A stretch of DNA of 64,000 nucleotides. It comes from Malacoraja senta (Eukaryota). Below, one piece after another: positions 1 to 12,059 of this stretch. A model generated the notes under the pieces. It ran no database searches. It was given only the letters and a program-made list of their open reading frames with translations, and was not told where the DNA came from. The stretch is from assembly GCA_038087875.1 (NCBI GenBank), contig CM075995.1, positions 6,822,001-6,886,000 of the forward strand, given 5' to 3'. Made by a program: the position numbers and the translations under genes. The number at the start of each line of letters is the position of its first letter. Within the stretch, counting starts at the first letter, position 1.

Positions 1-642
1 GCCAGCGTGTCTGACTTCTGATAAATTCATTAATCAACAGCTGAGAAATATTTAGCTTTGGCATATTGTTAGTTCCATGGACACAGTTGAAGTTAGTTGC
101 TTTATTTTACTTATGGCATTTTTTGCTTTATGTTAATGATGACATTTAGTTTATACAGGACTCAGAAGAGTTTAAATGGCAATGCCAATCCAGTTCCTGG
201 AATGGCTGCCAACATCTATTTGAGTAAATGCAAAGTAAATACAGTATTTACTCAGTGGTTAAGGACAGGGTGGACCACAGAAACGGCTTGGTAGGCTGAA
301 TTCTCAAAAATACCAATCAGCAATCTTTAACATGCCAATTTTAATAAGTGGATTGCATGTTTCAGCGCAGGGAGCCTCTAATGTACAAGGAAGCATCTGC
401 ACCGAAGTTGGTTTACACCGGATATGGGCACAAAATGCTGGATTAATGCAGCAGATCAGGAAGCATCTCTGGAGAAAAGGAATAGGTGACGTTTCGGGTC
501 GAGATCCTTCTTCAGACTGATGCAGATACGGGACGCAGGTGGTTACGGGGAGAAGGCAGGAGAATGGGGTGAGATAGATCAGCCACGATTGAATGGTGGA
601 GTAGACATGATGGGCCGAATGGCCTAATTCTGCTCCTATCAC

Positions 643-955
643 TTGACCAGTGGGGTGCCGCAAGGCTCGGTGCTGGGACCCCAGTTGTTTACAATATATA
701 TTAACGATTTAGACCAGGGAATTAAATGTGACATCTCTAAATTTGCGGATGACACAAAGCTGGGTGGCTGCGTGAGCTGCGAGGAGGATGCTATGAGGCT
801 GCAGGGAGACTTGGATAGGTTGGATGAGTGGGCAGAAGCGTGGCAGATGCAGTATAATGTGGATAAATGTGAGGTTATCCACTTTGCTGACAAGAACAGG
901 AAGGCAGATTATTATCTGAATGGTGTCAGATTAGGAAAAGGGGGAGGTGCAACGA
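643..955 (+). mobile_element. CR1/HER1-like LINE ORF2 fragment (RT core)
   Basis: Translates to TSGVPQGSVLGPQLFTIYINDL...FADDTKLGG...WQMQYNVDKCEVIHF, typical CR1-clade RT motifs. Confidence 0.9.
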
Positions 956-1550
956 GACAGGCCCTTCGGCCCAACTTGCCTACCCCGGCCAACATGTCCC
1001 AGTTTAAACTAGTCCCACCTGCCTGCGCTTGGTCCAGATCCCTCCAAACTTGTCCTATCCATGTACCTGCCTAAAAGTGGGCTTTTGTTTGAGTTTAGCT
1101 CGGCATTCACACCTTTGGGACGTCTTCCCAGTTGACGCATTCCTTCGGGGTGCAGAGTCCCTGAGGACGGGTGGCAACTGCACGCAGCTGGATTCACGGT
1201 ACCTCGGGAAGAAACTCAGCACCTTTCTCAGGTGCTGAGCTCCTGGGGGAAACGTGCTGATCGAGCAACTTCTCCCACAGCTCAACATTTAAAGTGACAA
1301 CTTATTTTTATATTTTTACTTTGCGCAAAGTAAGCATTTTTTTCAAAGCCCATCTTTAATCGTTCGTGAACTGAGCAGCATGCTAGCTAGACACAAAAGG
1401 CTGGAGCAACGACACGATACGATAGAACTTTATTTATCCCAGGTGGGAAATTGATCTGCCAACAGTCTTAAAAAACACAAAATACACGAAACAAACAAAA
1501 TACATGAAACTCAACCGGTCAGCATCTCTGCCTACCTGCATTCCACCCGG

Positions 1551-1885
1551 GTTTAGTTTAGTTTAGTTTAGCGATACGATGCGGAAACAGGCCCTTCGGC
1601 CCACCGGGTCCGCGCCGACCAGCGATCCCCGCACATTAACACTATCCTACACACACTACCAAGCCAATTAACCTACAAACCTGTATGTATTTGGAGTGCG
1701 GGAGGAAACCGAAGATCTCGGAGGAAACCCACGCAGGTCACGGGGAGAACTAAGAAACTCCGTACAGACAGCTCCCGTAGTCGGGATGGAACCCGGGTCT
1801 CCGGCGCTGCTTTTGCTGTAAGGCAGCACCTCTACCGCTGCGCCACCGTGGCCGCCCACTACCGCTGCGCCACCGTGACCGCCCA
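1551..1885 (-). mobile_element. HE1-like tRNA-derived V-SINE with a duplicated ~27-bp head
   Basis: Minus strand reads gggcggccacggtggcgcagcggtag (twice), then B-box gggttc, body and (ctaaa)n tail; matches other copies in the window. Confidence 0.85.
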
Positions 1886-2435
1886 CTTTGGTTCTGACAG
1901 TCTCCAATATCGATGCCTCTCATTATTAGTGGGCTGTGAGCATTTCTCAGACATCACTCCACCCTCTTTTCCCTTCCCTCCTCTGTGCCCCCACCTGAAC
2001 TCCCATCTATTTCTGCTCCACGCCCACCTTCCCTCCATCCCAACCGCCTTCTTCCAACATCTGGCTTCACAATCCACAACTACACAACCTGTCTCACACC
2101 TTCTGTTCTTCTCACTGGCCTTTGTCTGTCATCCATCTGCCTGTCAAAGAAAAATCCCCTCGTCCGCATTGACCTATTACCTGCCACGCCATGTCCCGCT
2201 TTCCCCCTTTTCCAGCCCTGGCAACATATTCCAGACCCCCATCACTCTCTGTGTGAAAGAATCTTGCCCCGCACACCTCCATTAATTATCCCCCTTCTCA
2301 TTTTATAACTATGGCCTCTAATGTTGGACATTTCCACCCTGGTTGAGTTTAGTTTAGTTTAGTTTAGAGATACAGCGCGGAAAGAGGCCCTTCGGCCCAC
2401 CGAGTCTGCGCCGACCAACGATCCCCGCACACTAA

Positions 2436-3661
2436 TAGCCCTGTCCCATGGTACGAGTTCATTCCAAGAGCTCTCCCGAGTTTTAAAAAAATCACACTCG
2501 TGGTAAGCACAGAGAATGAACGTAGCGGTACGTCGGAGCTCGGGGACATCTCTTAGCGGCTCGTAACGCTAACGGCAGGTACTCGGGAAGACTCGCTAAC
2601 GGCAGGTAAGCACGGGAAGACTCGTGAAGATTTTTCAACATGTTGAAAAATGTCCATGAGAGCCCCGAGTACCGACGAGTGGCCATTACCGTAAATCTGA
2701 GTGAGGAGGATGCTAGGAGGCTGCAAGGTGAATTGGATAGGTTGGGTGAGTGGGCAAATGCATGGCAGATGCAGTATAATGTGGATAAATGTGAGGTTAT
2801 CCACTTTGGTGGCAAGAACAGGAAAGTAGACTATTATCTGAATGGTGGCCGATTAGGAAAAGGGGAGATGCAACGAGACCTGGGTGTCATGGTACACCAG
2901 TCATTGAAAGTAGGCATGCAGGTGCAGCAGGCAGTGAAGAAAGCGAATGGTTTGTTAGCATTCATAGCAAAAGGATTTGAGTATAAGAGCAGGGAGGTTC
3001 TACTGCAGTTGTACAGGGTCTTGGTGAGACCACACCTGGAGTATTGCGTACATTTTTGGTCTCCTAATCTGAGGAAAGACATTCTTGCCATAGAGGGAGT
3101 ACAGAGAAGGTTCACCAGACTGATTCCTGGGATGTCAGGACTTTCATATCAAGAAAGACTGGATAGACTCGGCTTGTACTCTCTAGAATTTAGAAGATTG
3201 AGGGGGGATCTTATAGAAACTTACAAAATTCTTAAGGGGTTGGACAGGCTAGATGCAGGAAGATTATTCCCGATGTTGGGGATGTCCAGAACAAGGGGTC
3301 ACAGTTTAAGGATAAGGGGGAGGTCTTTTAGGACCGAGATGAGAAAAACATTTTTCACACAGAGAGTGGTGAATCTGTGGAATTCTCTGCCACAGAAGGT
3401 AGTTGAGGCCAGTTCATTGGCTATATTTAAGAGGGAGTTAGATGTGACCCTTGTGGCTAAAGGGATCAGGGGGTATGGAGAGAAGGCAGGTACGGGATAC
3501 TGAGTTGGATGATCAGCCATGATCATATTGAATGGCGGTGCTGGCTCGAAGGGCCGAATGGCCTACTCCTGCACCTATTTTCTATGTTTCTATCTCCGAG
3601 TTCGAATCAGGGCAAACTCGGGAGAGCTCTTGGAATGAACACGTACCGTGGGACAGGGGTT
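2436..3661. mobile_element. PIF/Harbinger-like MITE, family 1, interrupted by CR1
   Basis: ~45-bp TIRs (CCCTGTCCCAYGGTACGAGTTCATTCCAAGAGCTCTCCCGAGTTT), TAA TSD at 2433-2435 and 3662-3664; uninterrupted sister copy at 25743-26072. Confidence 0.85.
2699..3591 (+). mobile_element. 5'-truncated CR1 LINE (ORF2 C-terminus, 3' UTR and microsatellite tail)
   Basis: Open frame through LVRPHLEYC...RRLRGDLIETYK...TRGHSLRI...RVVNLWNSLP; tail ctatgtttct; flanked by ATCT. Confidence 0.92.
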
Positions 3662-4047
3662 TAACACTGTCCTACACACACTAGGGACGATTTACAAGTT
3701 TCACCGAAGTCAATTAACCTACAAACCTGGACGTCTTTGGAGCGTGGGAGGAAACCGGAGCGCCCCTGGAAAACCCATGCAGGCCATAGTCAGGATCAAT
3801 CTATGGCACTGCAAGGCAGCAACTCTACCGCTGCGCCACCGTGCTGCCTAAGGAATGTTGTCTTGGTTCGACCTGAAACATCACCGATCCATGTCCTCCG
3901 GAGATGCTGCCTGACCCACTGAGTTTCTCCAACACTTTGTGTCTGGCTGATGGGAGGTCATAGATTGAGGTAAAGACCCACTGTGGTCTGTGGAACCTAC
4001 TGGTCTTACATTGCCACAAGACGCCTTTCCGCTGCCTATCACATTCC

Positions 4048-4562
4048 GCTGCCTAGCACATTCCAGGGTGCAGGAGTATGTGCCGAAGGGCATGTGGGAG
4101 ATTGGTGCCCAAGATCCTATAGCGGAGCAAGATAGACCACTCCTTCTAAATGCAATGGGCTGACGTGTAGTACGCAACAGAACGGAACGTGGGCCTTTAT
4201 TTCATCCATTTCAGTAACCCGACCCGACCCGACTCGCAGTGTAATCAACGTTGCGGGGGAACAGTTTGTGTTAATAAATTATAATTCTGAAAATGAGGAG
4301 AAGATTTTTACCAAATAACTTTTATTTTTACGAGGATGTTTCCGTAACCGGCTTCCGTCTCCGCACTAGTATCTAAGCTCCGCTGTGACGGGATCTTTGG
4401 TGTGGAGACGGAAGCCGGTTACGGAAATGGGGCCGAAAATTACCCATGAATCTGCCCATGACCGTACTACGTCTTTTTCGTCGAGTGGTCTATCTTGCTC
4501 GCTATAGGATCTTTGATAGGTGCAGTCACCGCAAAGGCTCTGTGGGAAAGGACCACAGTCTC
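4048..4562 (+). mobile_element. Tx1-like LINE ORF2 C-terminal remnant, split by a MITE
   Basis: After removing 4109-4523 it reads CLAHSRVQEYVPKGMWEIGAVTAKALWERTTV, resembling a Tx1 ORF2 C-terminus (recognised from memory). Confidence 0.6.
4109..4515. mobile_element. Non-autonomous DNA transposon with 8-bp TSD (P- or hAT-like)
   Basis: ~34-bp TIRs CA/CAAGATCCTATAGCG(G)AGCAAGATAGACCACTC; TSD ATTGGTGC (4101-4108) and ATAGGTGC (4516-4523). Confidence 0.85.
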
Positions 4563-4704
4563 AGGCCCTGCCTGGACTGCACACGGAGGGGTTAGACACA
4601 TAAGACACCCTCCCTAATGCTACAGCAAAACACAAATTACCTGTAGGAACTTATCACATGCAGTGTGGTGGGCAGATGGAATGAGCTGCCAAAGGACTTT
4701 GAGT

Positions 4705-5247
4705 TACATAGAAACATAGAAAATAGGTGCAGGAGGAGACCATGTGCCCTTCCTGCCAGCACCGCCATTCATTGTGATCATGGCTGATCATCCACAATCA
4801 GTACCCCGTGCCTGCCTTCTCCCCATATCTCTTGATTCTGCTATCTTTAAGAGCTCTATCTAACTCTCTCTTGAAAACATCCAGTGAATTGGCCTCCACT
4901 GCCTTCTGAGGCAGAGAATTCCACAAATTCACAACTCTGGGGGTGAAAACGTTTTTTTCTCATCTCAGTTTTAAATGGCCTCCCCTTTATTCTGAGACTG
5001 TGGCCCCTGCTTCTGGATTCCCCCAACATTGGGAACACTTTTCCTGCATCTAGCTTGTCCAGTCCTTTTAGAAGGGTGTGAGGGGATCTTATTGAAATAG
5101 AGCTCTTGAAGATAGCGGAGTCAGGGAATATGGGGAGAAGGCAGGAACGGGGTACTGAATGTGGATGATCAGCCATGATCACAGTGAATGGCGGTGCTGG
5201 CTCGAAGGGCCGAATGGCCTACTCCTGCACCTATTATCTATTGTCTA
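4705..5247. mobile_element. Two CR1 3'-end fragments in opposite orientation (4705-5068 minus, ~5095-5247 plus)
   Basis: CR1 3' UTR (ggctcgaagggccgaatggcctactcctgcacc) and C-terminal ORF2 residues on both strands. Confidence 0.85.
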
Positions 5248-5359
5248 TCCACTGACTTGGTCTCTACAGCCTTCCGTTGCCTGACTATCCAGTCAGCGGA
5301 AAGACAATACATGATTCCAATTGAGCCATTCACAATGTACAGATATATGATAAAGGGAA

Positions 5360-6550
5360 TAATCATAATCATACTTTATTAGCCATGTACGTTTTGCAAA
5401 ATACGAGGAATTTCATTTGCCATGCAGTCATACCAATAAAAAGCAACAAGACACACAAAATACATTTTAACATGAACATCCACCAGTGACACCTCCACAT
5501 TCCTCACTGTGATGGAAGGCGAAAAAAAAGTTCAAATCTCATCCCTTCTTTGTTCTCCCGCGGTCAGGAGCCTCGAGCCTTCCGTTGACGGGACAATCTT
5601 GGCTCGCATAGCCAGCGGTCGGGCCCTCCGCGTCCGGGCGATCTCAGCTCCCCGCAACGGGCGATCGGACCCCGGGTCGGGGCTAGTCAAACCTCCTGCG
5701 ACTTTGGAACTTCCCGACATCGGTCTCTACCCGAGACCGTGAGCTCCTCGATGGTGGAATCCGCAGGCCGCGGTTGGAGCGTCGATTCCAGGGATGGGAT
5801 GGCAGGCTCCGATGGTAAATCCATGGCCCCGCGGTGGCGCTTAAAGTCAGTCTCTTCCTCCTAATAGATAAATCAGACCAATTCATAACGAGTTGGTCTC
5901 CATTTGTCGTCTTTTTGGAATCATATGGTGCAACACAATTGTAAAAGCTAATTGTCTCGGGACTGGGCGAGGGATGGTCAAGAGTATAAATAATGATCTC
6001 CTTACTTCTTTTTTTTATTTTTTGTTTTTTACTCTCTTTTCCCCATTTTCTTTTCTTTAACTTTCTTCTCTCATTCTTTTTTCTTCTTCTTCACACACTA
6101 TATATCTCATGTTTTTCTATACTTCATCATCTAATTTATTTTTCTTATTCTTCTTTATTATAATAAAAAAATAAGAAGCTGTACATAAAATGTATTATGA
6201 AAATATATATTAGGCACTTTGGTGCCATACGATTGTACTTACTTCTAATAAAATAAAAATATAAAAAAAAAATAAAAAAAAAAAAAAAGAAAGCAATAAA
6301 GAAAGAGTTGAGCGCAGCAAAAAAAAAAAAAAAAAAAAAGTCAGTCTCGAGCAAGACCTCCAGCTAGGCCGCAGAGGGACCGGAGATACGATCCGGAAAA
6401 ACATCGCATCTCCATCAAGGTAAGAGATTGAAAAAAAGTTTCCCCCCACCCTCTCACCCACCCCCCACATTAAACAAACCAGGGAACATTAACACATAAT
6501 TTTAAAACACACTAAAAATATCAAAAAAGACAAAAAGACAGACAGAACGT
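5360..6550 (-). mobile_element. Unclassified GC-rich interspersed repeat hosting an L1 insertion
   Basis: Shares blocks with 40415-41218 (aacatccacca...cactgtg.tggaaggc, GC-rich core, gaaaaagtt...ccccccac...A-rich block); short-repeat tail on the minus strand. Confidence 0.55.
5855..6336 (+). mobile_element. 5'-truncated L1 (ORF2 last codons, 3' UTR, double poly(A))
   Basis: FLLIDKSDQFITSWSPFVVFLES resembles the ORF2 end of the L1 at 58.5 kb; 12-bp TSD AAAGTCAGTCTC at 5843-5854 and 6337-6348; TT/AAAG target site. Confidence 0.85.
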
Positions 6551-7202
6551 TGATTACACTGCGAGTCGGGTGATGGATTACGGTGAATTATGTTTTTAGT
6601 GCAAGTCCAGTAAAGACTGATCAAAGATAGTCTGAGGGTCTCCAATGAGGTAGATAGTAGACAGTCTCGTTGTTGGTAATATGAAGACAGACACAAAATG
6701 CTGGAGTAACTCAGTGGGACAGGCAGCATCTCTGGAGAGAAGGAATGGGGGACGTTTTGGGTCGAGACCCTTCTTCTGACTGGATGGTTCAGTTGCCTGA
6801 TAACAGCTGGGATGAAACTGTTCCTGGATCAGGAAGGGCTTGTTTCGGAACTGGGAACCCGCCCAGAGAGAGAAGGCCGCCCAGCCCGGCCCCTGCTTGC
6901 TCCGTGGACCGGAGAGGAGGGAGTCGGAGTTGGGGATGGAGGGCCGGTGAGCAGGCCGGCTGTGGGAGGGAGTGCATGGACTCGTCGGAGGAGTGGACCG
7001 CTGGAGGCCTTGCAGCAGCCTGGGACTCGGCTGGACCGGGAGCCGCTCACAGAGGCCGAGCGCGTGGACCGGACGTGGCCTACAGCAGTGGAGCAGCGGC
7101 GGAGGACACCACGGCTACGCTTGGCCAGGCCGACCCTGCAACGTCGCCATGACAATGGGCCTTCATGGTCAGGCCAAGAACCCTGCCCTTGCCCCTGCAC
7201 TT

Positions 7203-7943
<741 letters not shown>

Positions 7944-8344
7944 CCTGCACTTACAACAACTGGGACTTGAAAATGGCATCAAACTGGCGACTCTGTCTAC
8001 TGTCTTAATGTACTGTACACTTGTACTGTGTCTGAGATGCTTAAATAATATGTATCTGAGTACTTATGTATAGTGATACTTGTACTGAACTGTATACAAA
8101 ACTGAATTTCACTGTACCTCGGTACATGTAACAACTAAAGTACCATTGAACCATTGAATCATTGAGGCAGGTACAGTAACAATAAAAGATATTTGGATTC
8201 AGTTCGAAGGTAGACAAAAATGCTGGAGAAACTCAGCGGGTGAGGCAGCATCTATGGAGCGAAGGATTCAGTTCAGTCAGTTGGTGCAAGAATCGGAAAG
8301 GCTTGCAGGGATATGGGCCAAATGCTCAGTACACATGACAATAA

Positions 8345-8445
8345 ACCTACCTACCTGCCCACCTACCTACCTACCTACCTGCCCACCTGCCTACCTACCT
8401 ACCTACCCACCTGCCTACCTACCTACCTACCTTACTGCCTATCTA
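8345..8445. repeat. (CTAC)n microsatellite
   Basis: Direct reading. Confidence 0.9.
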
Positions 8446-8464
8446 CCGCGGTTGACAATGAGGA

Positions 8465-9320
8465 ATGAGTGAGTGGTTTGAATATGTGTGTGTGAGTGTG
8501 TAAGATTGATGGTGTTGAGTGTGTGGGTGCATGAGTTTGTAAGAGTGAATAGTTTGAAAGTATGCGTGTGTGTGCCAGAATGAGTGGTCTGTGCGTGCGT
8601 GTAGGAATGTATAAGAGTGGGTGCTTTACGGGCGTGTGAGTGTGTTGGAGTGTGAGTAGCTTGAGTGTGGGTGAAAGTGCGCACGAACATGTCTGTGCAC
8701 GTGTGCGTGCGTGTTTGAGTGCGTGAATAAGTGTGTGCGTGTGTGATTGTGAGCGTGAATGGATGTGTGTGCATGTCTGTGAGTGAGCTTAAGTGTGTGC
8801 ATGGGAGTGTGAATATGTGTGTGTGCACGTGTGTGTGAGTGTGAATGGGGGTGGGTGTGTGAGTGTGAATGGGTGTGTGTGCGTGCGTGTATATGAGTGT
8901 GAATGGGTGTGTGTGCGTATGAGTGTGAGAGTGAATGGATGTGTGTGTGTATGAGCGTGCATGTGCATGAGTGTGAATGGGTGTGTGGGCGCGCGTGTGC
9001 ATGAGTGTGAGCAGGTGTGTGTGTGTATATGAGTGTGAATGGGTGTGTGCGTGCGTATGAGTGTGAATGGGTGTGTGTGTATGAGTATGAATGTGTGTGT
9101 GTGTGTATGAGTGTGAATGGGTGTGTGGGCGCGCGTGTGCATGAGTGTGAGCAGGTGTGTGTGTGTATGAGTGTGAATGGGTGTGCGCGTGCGTATGAGT
9201 GTGAATGGGTGTGTGTGTATGAGTGTGAATGTGTGTGTGTATATGAGTGTGAATGGGTGTGTGTGTATGAGTGTGAATGTGTGTGTGTGTATATGAGTGT
9301 GAATGGGTGTGTGTGCATGC
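8465..9320. repeat. GT-rich mini/microsatellite (ATGAGTGTGAATGGGTGTGTGT units)
   Basis: Direct reading; it is the source of the spurious His/Thr ORFs. Confidence 0.9.
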
Positions 9321-9654
9321 ACACCTGTGACTTAGGGGCTTGCTGTGCCTCATCAAATAATATTCACAATATCAAATTAGTTTGGACAAGAGCCCTTTTA
9401 ATTTCTCCTCCCGGTTTTCCGATTTCCTGAAGAGCTGGTTTATGCATCACTGCAGCTGATGAATAGGGCAGCAATGTGGGCAGGAGGTTGCTTTGTTACA
9501 AATGGGTGGTTATGATACCAACATTACACCAGTAACTGTATTTCAAAGGTACTGCATTAGACTAATGTGCCCGGAACTATCCTGAGGCCTGGGGACATCG
9601 CTGCCGTCTCTGTTCCCTTTTAATTTCTAGGTTACCTGTAGCACAGATAGATAG

Positions 9655-9780
9655 TGAGGCCAAACGCAAATTGGAGGAACAGCACCTCATATTTCGCTTG
9701 GGCAGCTTACAACCCAGCGGTACGAGTATTGATTTCTCAAACAACCCTTGCTTTCCCTCTCTCTCCGTCCCTCCCCCACC
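9655..9780 (+). mobile_element. Penelope-like element 3' fragment
   Basis: KRKLEEQHLIFRLGSLQPSG.IDFS, the C-terminus of a Penelope-type GIY-YIG endonuclease domain. Confidence 0.75.
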
Positions 9781-9784
9781 CGAA

Positions 9785-10015
9785 TTTAGTTTAGTTTAGA
9801 GATACAGCATGGAAACAGGCCCTTTGGCCCACCGAGTCCACGCCGACCAGCGATCCCCGCACACTGACACTCCCCTACACACACTAGGGAGAATTTGCAA
9901 TTTTACTGATGCCAATTAACCTACAAACTTGTACGTCTTTGAAGTGTGGGAGGAAACCGGAGCTCCCGGAGAAAACCCTCGCAGGTCACGGGGAGAACGT
10001 ACAAACTCCGTACAG
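9785..10015 (-). mobile_element. HE1-like SINE (5'-truncated)
   Basis: Body and tail match other copies. Confidence 0.8.
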
Positions 10016-10248
10016 AGAGATAGAATGAGCCATGATTGAATGGTGGAGTAGACTAAATGGGCATTTTGGCCTAATTCTGCTCCCATCACTTATGAACTTA
10101 TGAGTAAGGTTGAATGGAATAAAATCTGAATAAGCAAAAACAAGAAATCTGCAAAAATATTTCCGACTTTCTCAGCGGCAACACATACATTCATTTGTGT
10201 TGTACCTGGTAGTGTTCATAAAACAATCATCATAAGTTGTTGCTGTAT

Positions 10249-10970
10249 AATGGTGGCCGATTAGGAAAAGGGGAGATGCAATGAGACCTGGGTGTCATGG
10301 TACACCAATCATTGAAAGTAGGCATGCAGGTGCAGCAGGCAGTGAAGAAAGCGAATGGTATGTTAGCATTCATAGCAAAAGGATTTGAGTATAGGAGCAG
10401 GGAGGTTCTACTGCAGTTGTACAGGGTCTTGGTGAGACCACACCTGGAGTATTGCGTACAGTTTTGCCATAGAGGGAGTACAGAGAAGGTTCACCAGACT
10501 GATTCCTGGGATGTCAGGACTTTCATATGAAGAAAGACTGGATAGACTTGGCTTGTACTCGCTACAATTTAGAAGATTGAGGGGGGATCTTATAGAAACG
10601 TACAAAATTCTTAAGGTGTTGGACAGGCTAGATGCAGGAAGATTGTTCCCGATGTTGGGGAAGTCCAGGACAAGGGGTCACAGTTTAAGGATAAAGGGGA
10701 AATCCTTTAGGACTGAGATGAGAAAAACATTTTTCACACAGAGAGTGGTGAATCTCTGGAACTCTCTGCCACAGAAGGTAGTTGAGGCCAGTTCATTGGC
10801 TATATTTAAGAGGGAGTTAGATGTGGCCCTTGTGGCTAAAGGGATCAGGGGGTATGGAGAGAAGGCAGGTACAGGATACTGAGTTGGATGATCAGCCATG
10901 ATCATATTGAATGGCGGTGCAGGCTCGAAGGGCCGAATGGCCTACTCCTGCACCTATTTTCTATGTTTCT
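10249..10970 (+). mobile_element. CR1 3' fragment of the same young subfamily as 2699-3591, with an internal deletion
   Basis: Near-identical sequence to 2840-3590. Confidence 0.9.
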
Positions 10971-11494
10971 AAGTTCATAAGTGCTAGGAACAGAATTAGG
11001 CCATTCGGCCCATCAATTCCACTCTGCCATTCAATCATGGTTGATCCATCTCTCCCTCCTAACCCCATTCTCCTGCCTTCTCCCCATAACCTCTGACACC
11101 CGCACTAATCAAGAATCTATCTATCTCTGCCTTAAAAATATCCACGGACTTGGCCTCCACAGCCGTCTGTGGCAAAGAATTTCACAGATTCACCACCCTC
11201 CGACTGAAGAAATTGTTGATTCTGGAAAATAAACTACGAGGCCATAATATATTAAACTTTGGCCTTATTCAGTTTTTAAACCACAAGAATAATAAGGTCT
11301 TAAGCCTTATGCAGTTCCCTCATCCATCCACCCTGCCAGAACTAATCCAAAATCTCCCCCCCCCCCCCCACCTCCTGCTGCCCCAAGGCTATTTCTCTCA
11401 TTAAATTGAAATAATTTGTCAGGAGACTAACTATGAAATTCCAGCTCCCTAACGAGAGATCAAAACTGAAGCTGAGAATTAAAATTAACTCAAA

Positions 11495-11830
11495 ATGGCG
11501 GCACAGTGGCACAGCGGTAGAGTTGTTGCCTCACAGCGCCAGAGACCCGGGTTCGATCCTGACTTCGGGCACTTGTCTGTACGGAGTTTGTACGTTCTCC
11601 CCGTGGGTTTCCTCCGAGTTCTTCAGTTTCCTCCCACACTCCAAAGACGTACAAGTCTGTAGGTTATTTGGATTAAGTGAATTTGTAGGTTGCAGGTTAA
11701 TTGGCTTGGTATAAAAATGTAAAACTGTCTCTAGTGTGTGTGTGGGGTGGTGTTGGTGCGTGGGATCGCTGGTCGGCGCGGACCTGCTGGGCCGAAGGGC
11801 CTGTTTCTCTGAACTAAATTAAAATGAAAA
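11495..11830 (+). mobile_element. HE1-like SINE, full length
   Basis: A-box tggcacagcggt, B-box gggttcgatcc, CR1-like tail gggccgaagggcctgttt. Confidence 0.85.
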
Positions 11831-12059
11831 CTAAAATCAGATTACAAATTAGGGCTTTGTTAATGGGGAATGCATTAAAGTCCAACTTGTTGGGAGAGTA
11901 AATACTTTGGACAATGTTTATTTTAGTTACTGCCGGATCTGCTGAGTTAATCCGCAGCATTTTGTGTCTACCTTTAGTTTAGTTTAGCTTTAGAGATGCA
12001 GCGTAGAAACGGGTCTTCCGGTCCACTTAGTCTGTGCCGACCAGCGATCCCCGGAAAGT

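Larger units (their letters stand above)
2345..3848 (-). mobile_element. HE1-like SINE split by a MITE (tail 2345-2435, remainder 3662-3848)
   Basis: SINE sequence ccccgcacactaa|cactgtcctacacac is continuous once 2436-3661 and one TAA are removed. Confidence 0.8.

Noticed and set aside
1075..1290. Possible host exon in unique GC-balanced sequence
   Set aside because: No recognisable protein and no convincing splice pair; needs RNA-seq or BLAST.
8439..9430. His/Thr- and Cys/Val-rich ORFs (also 21228-21702 and 49040-49508)
   Set aside because: Translations of microsatellites.
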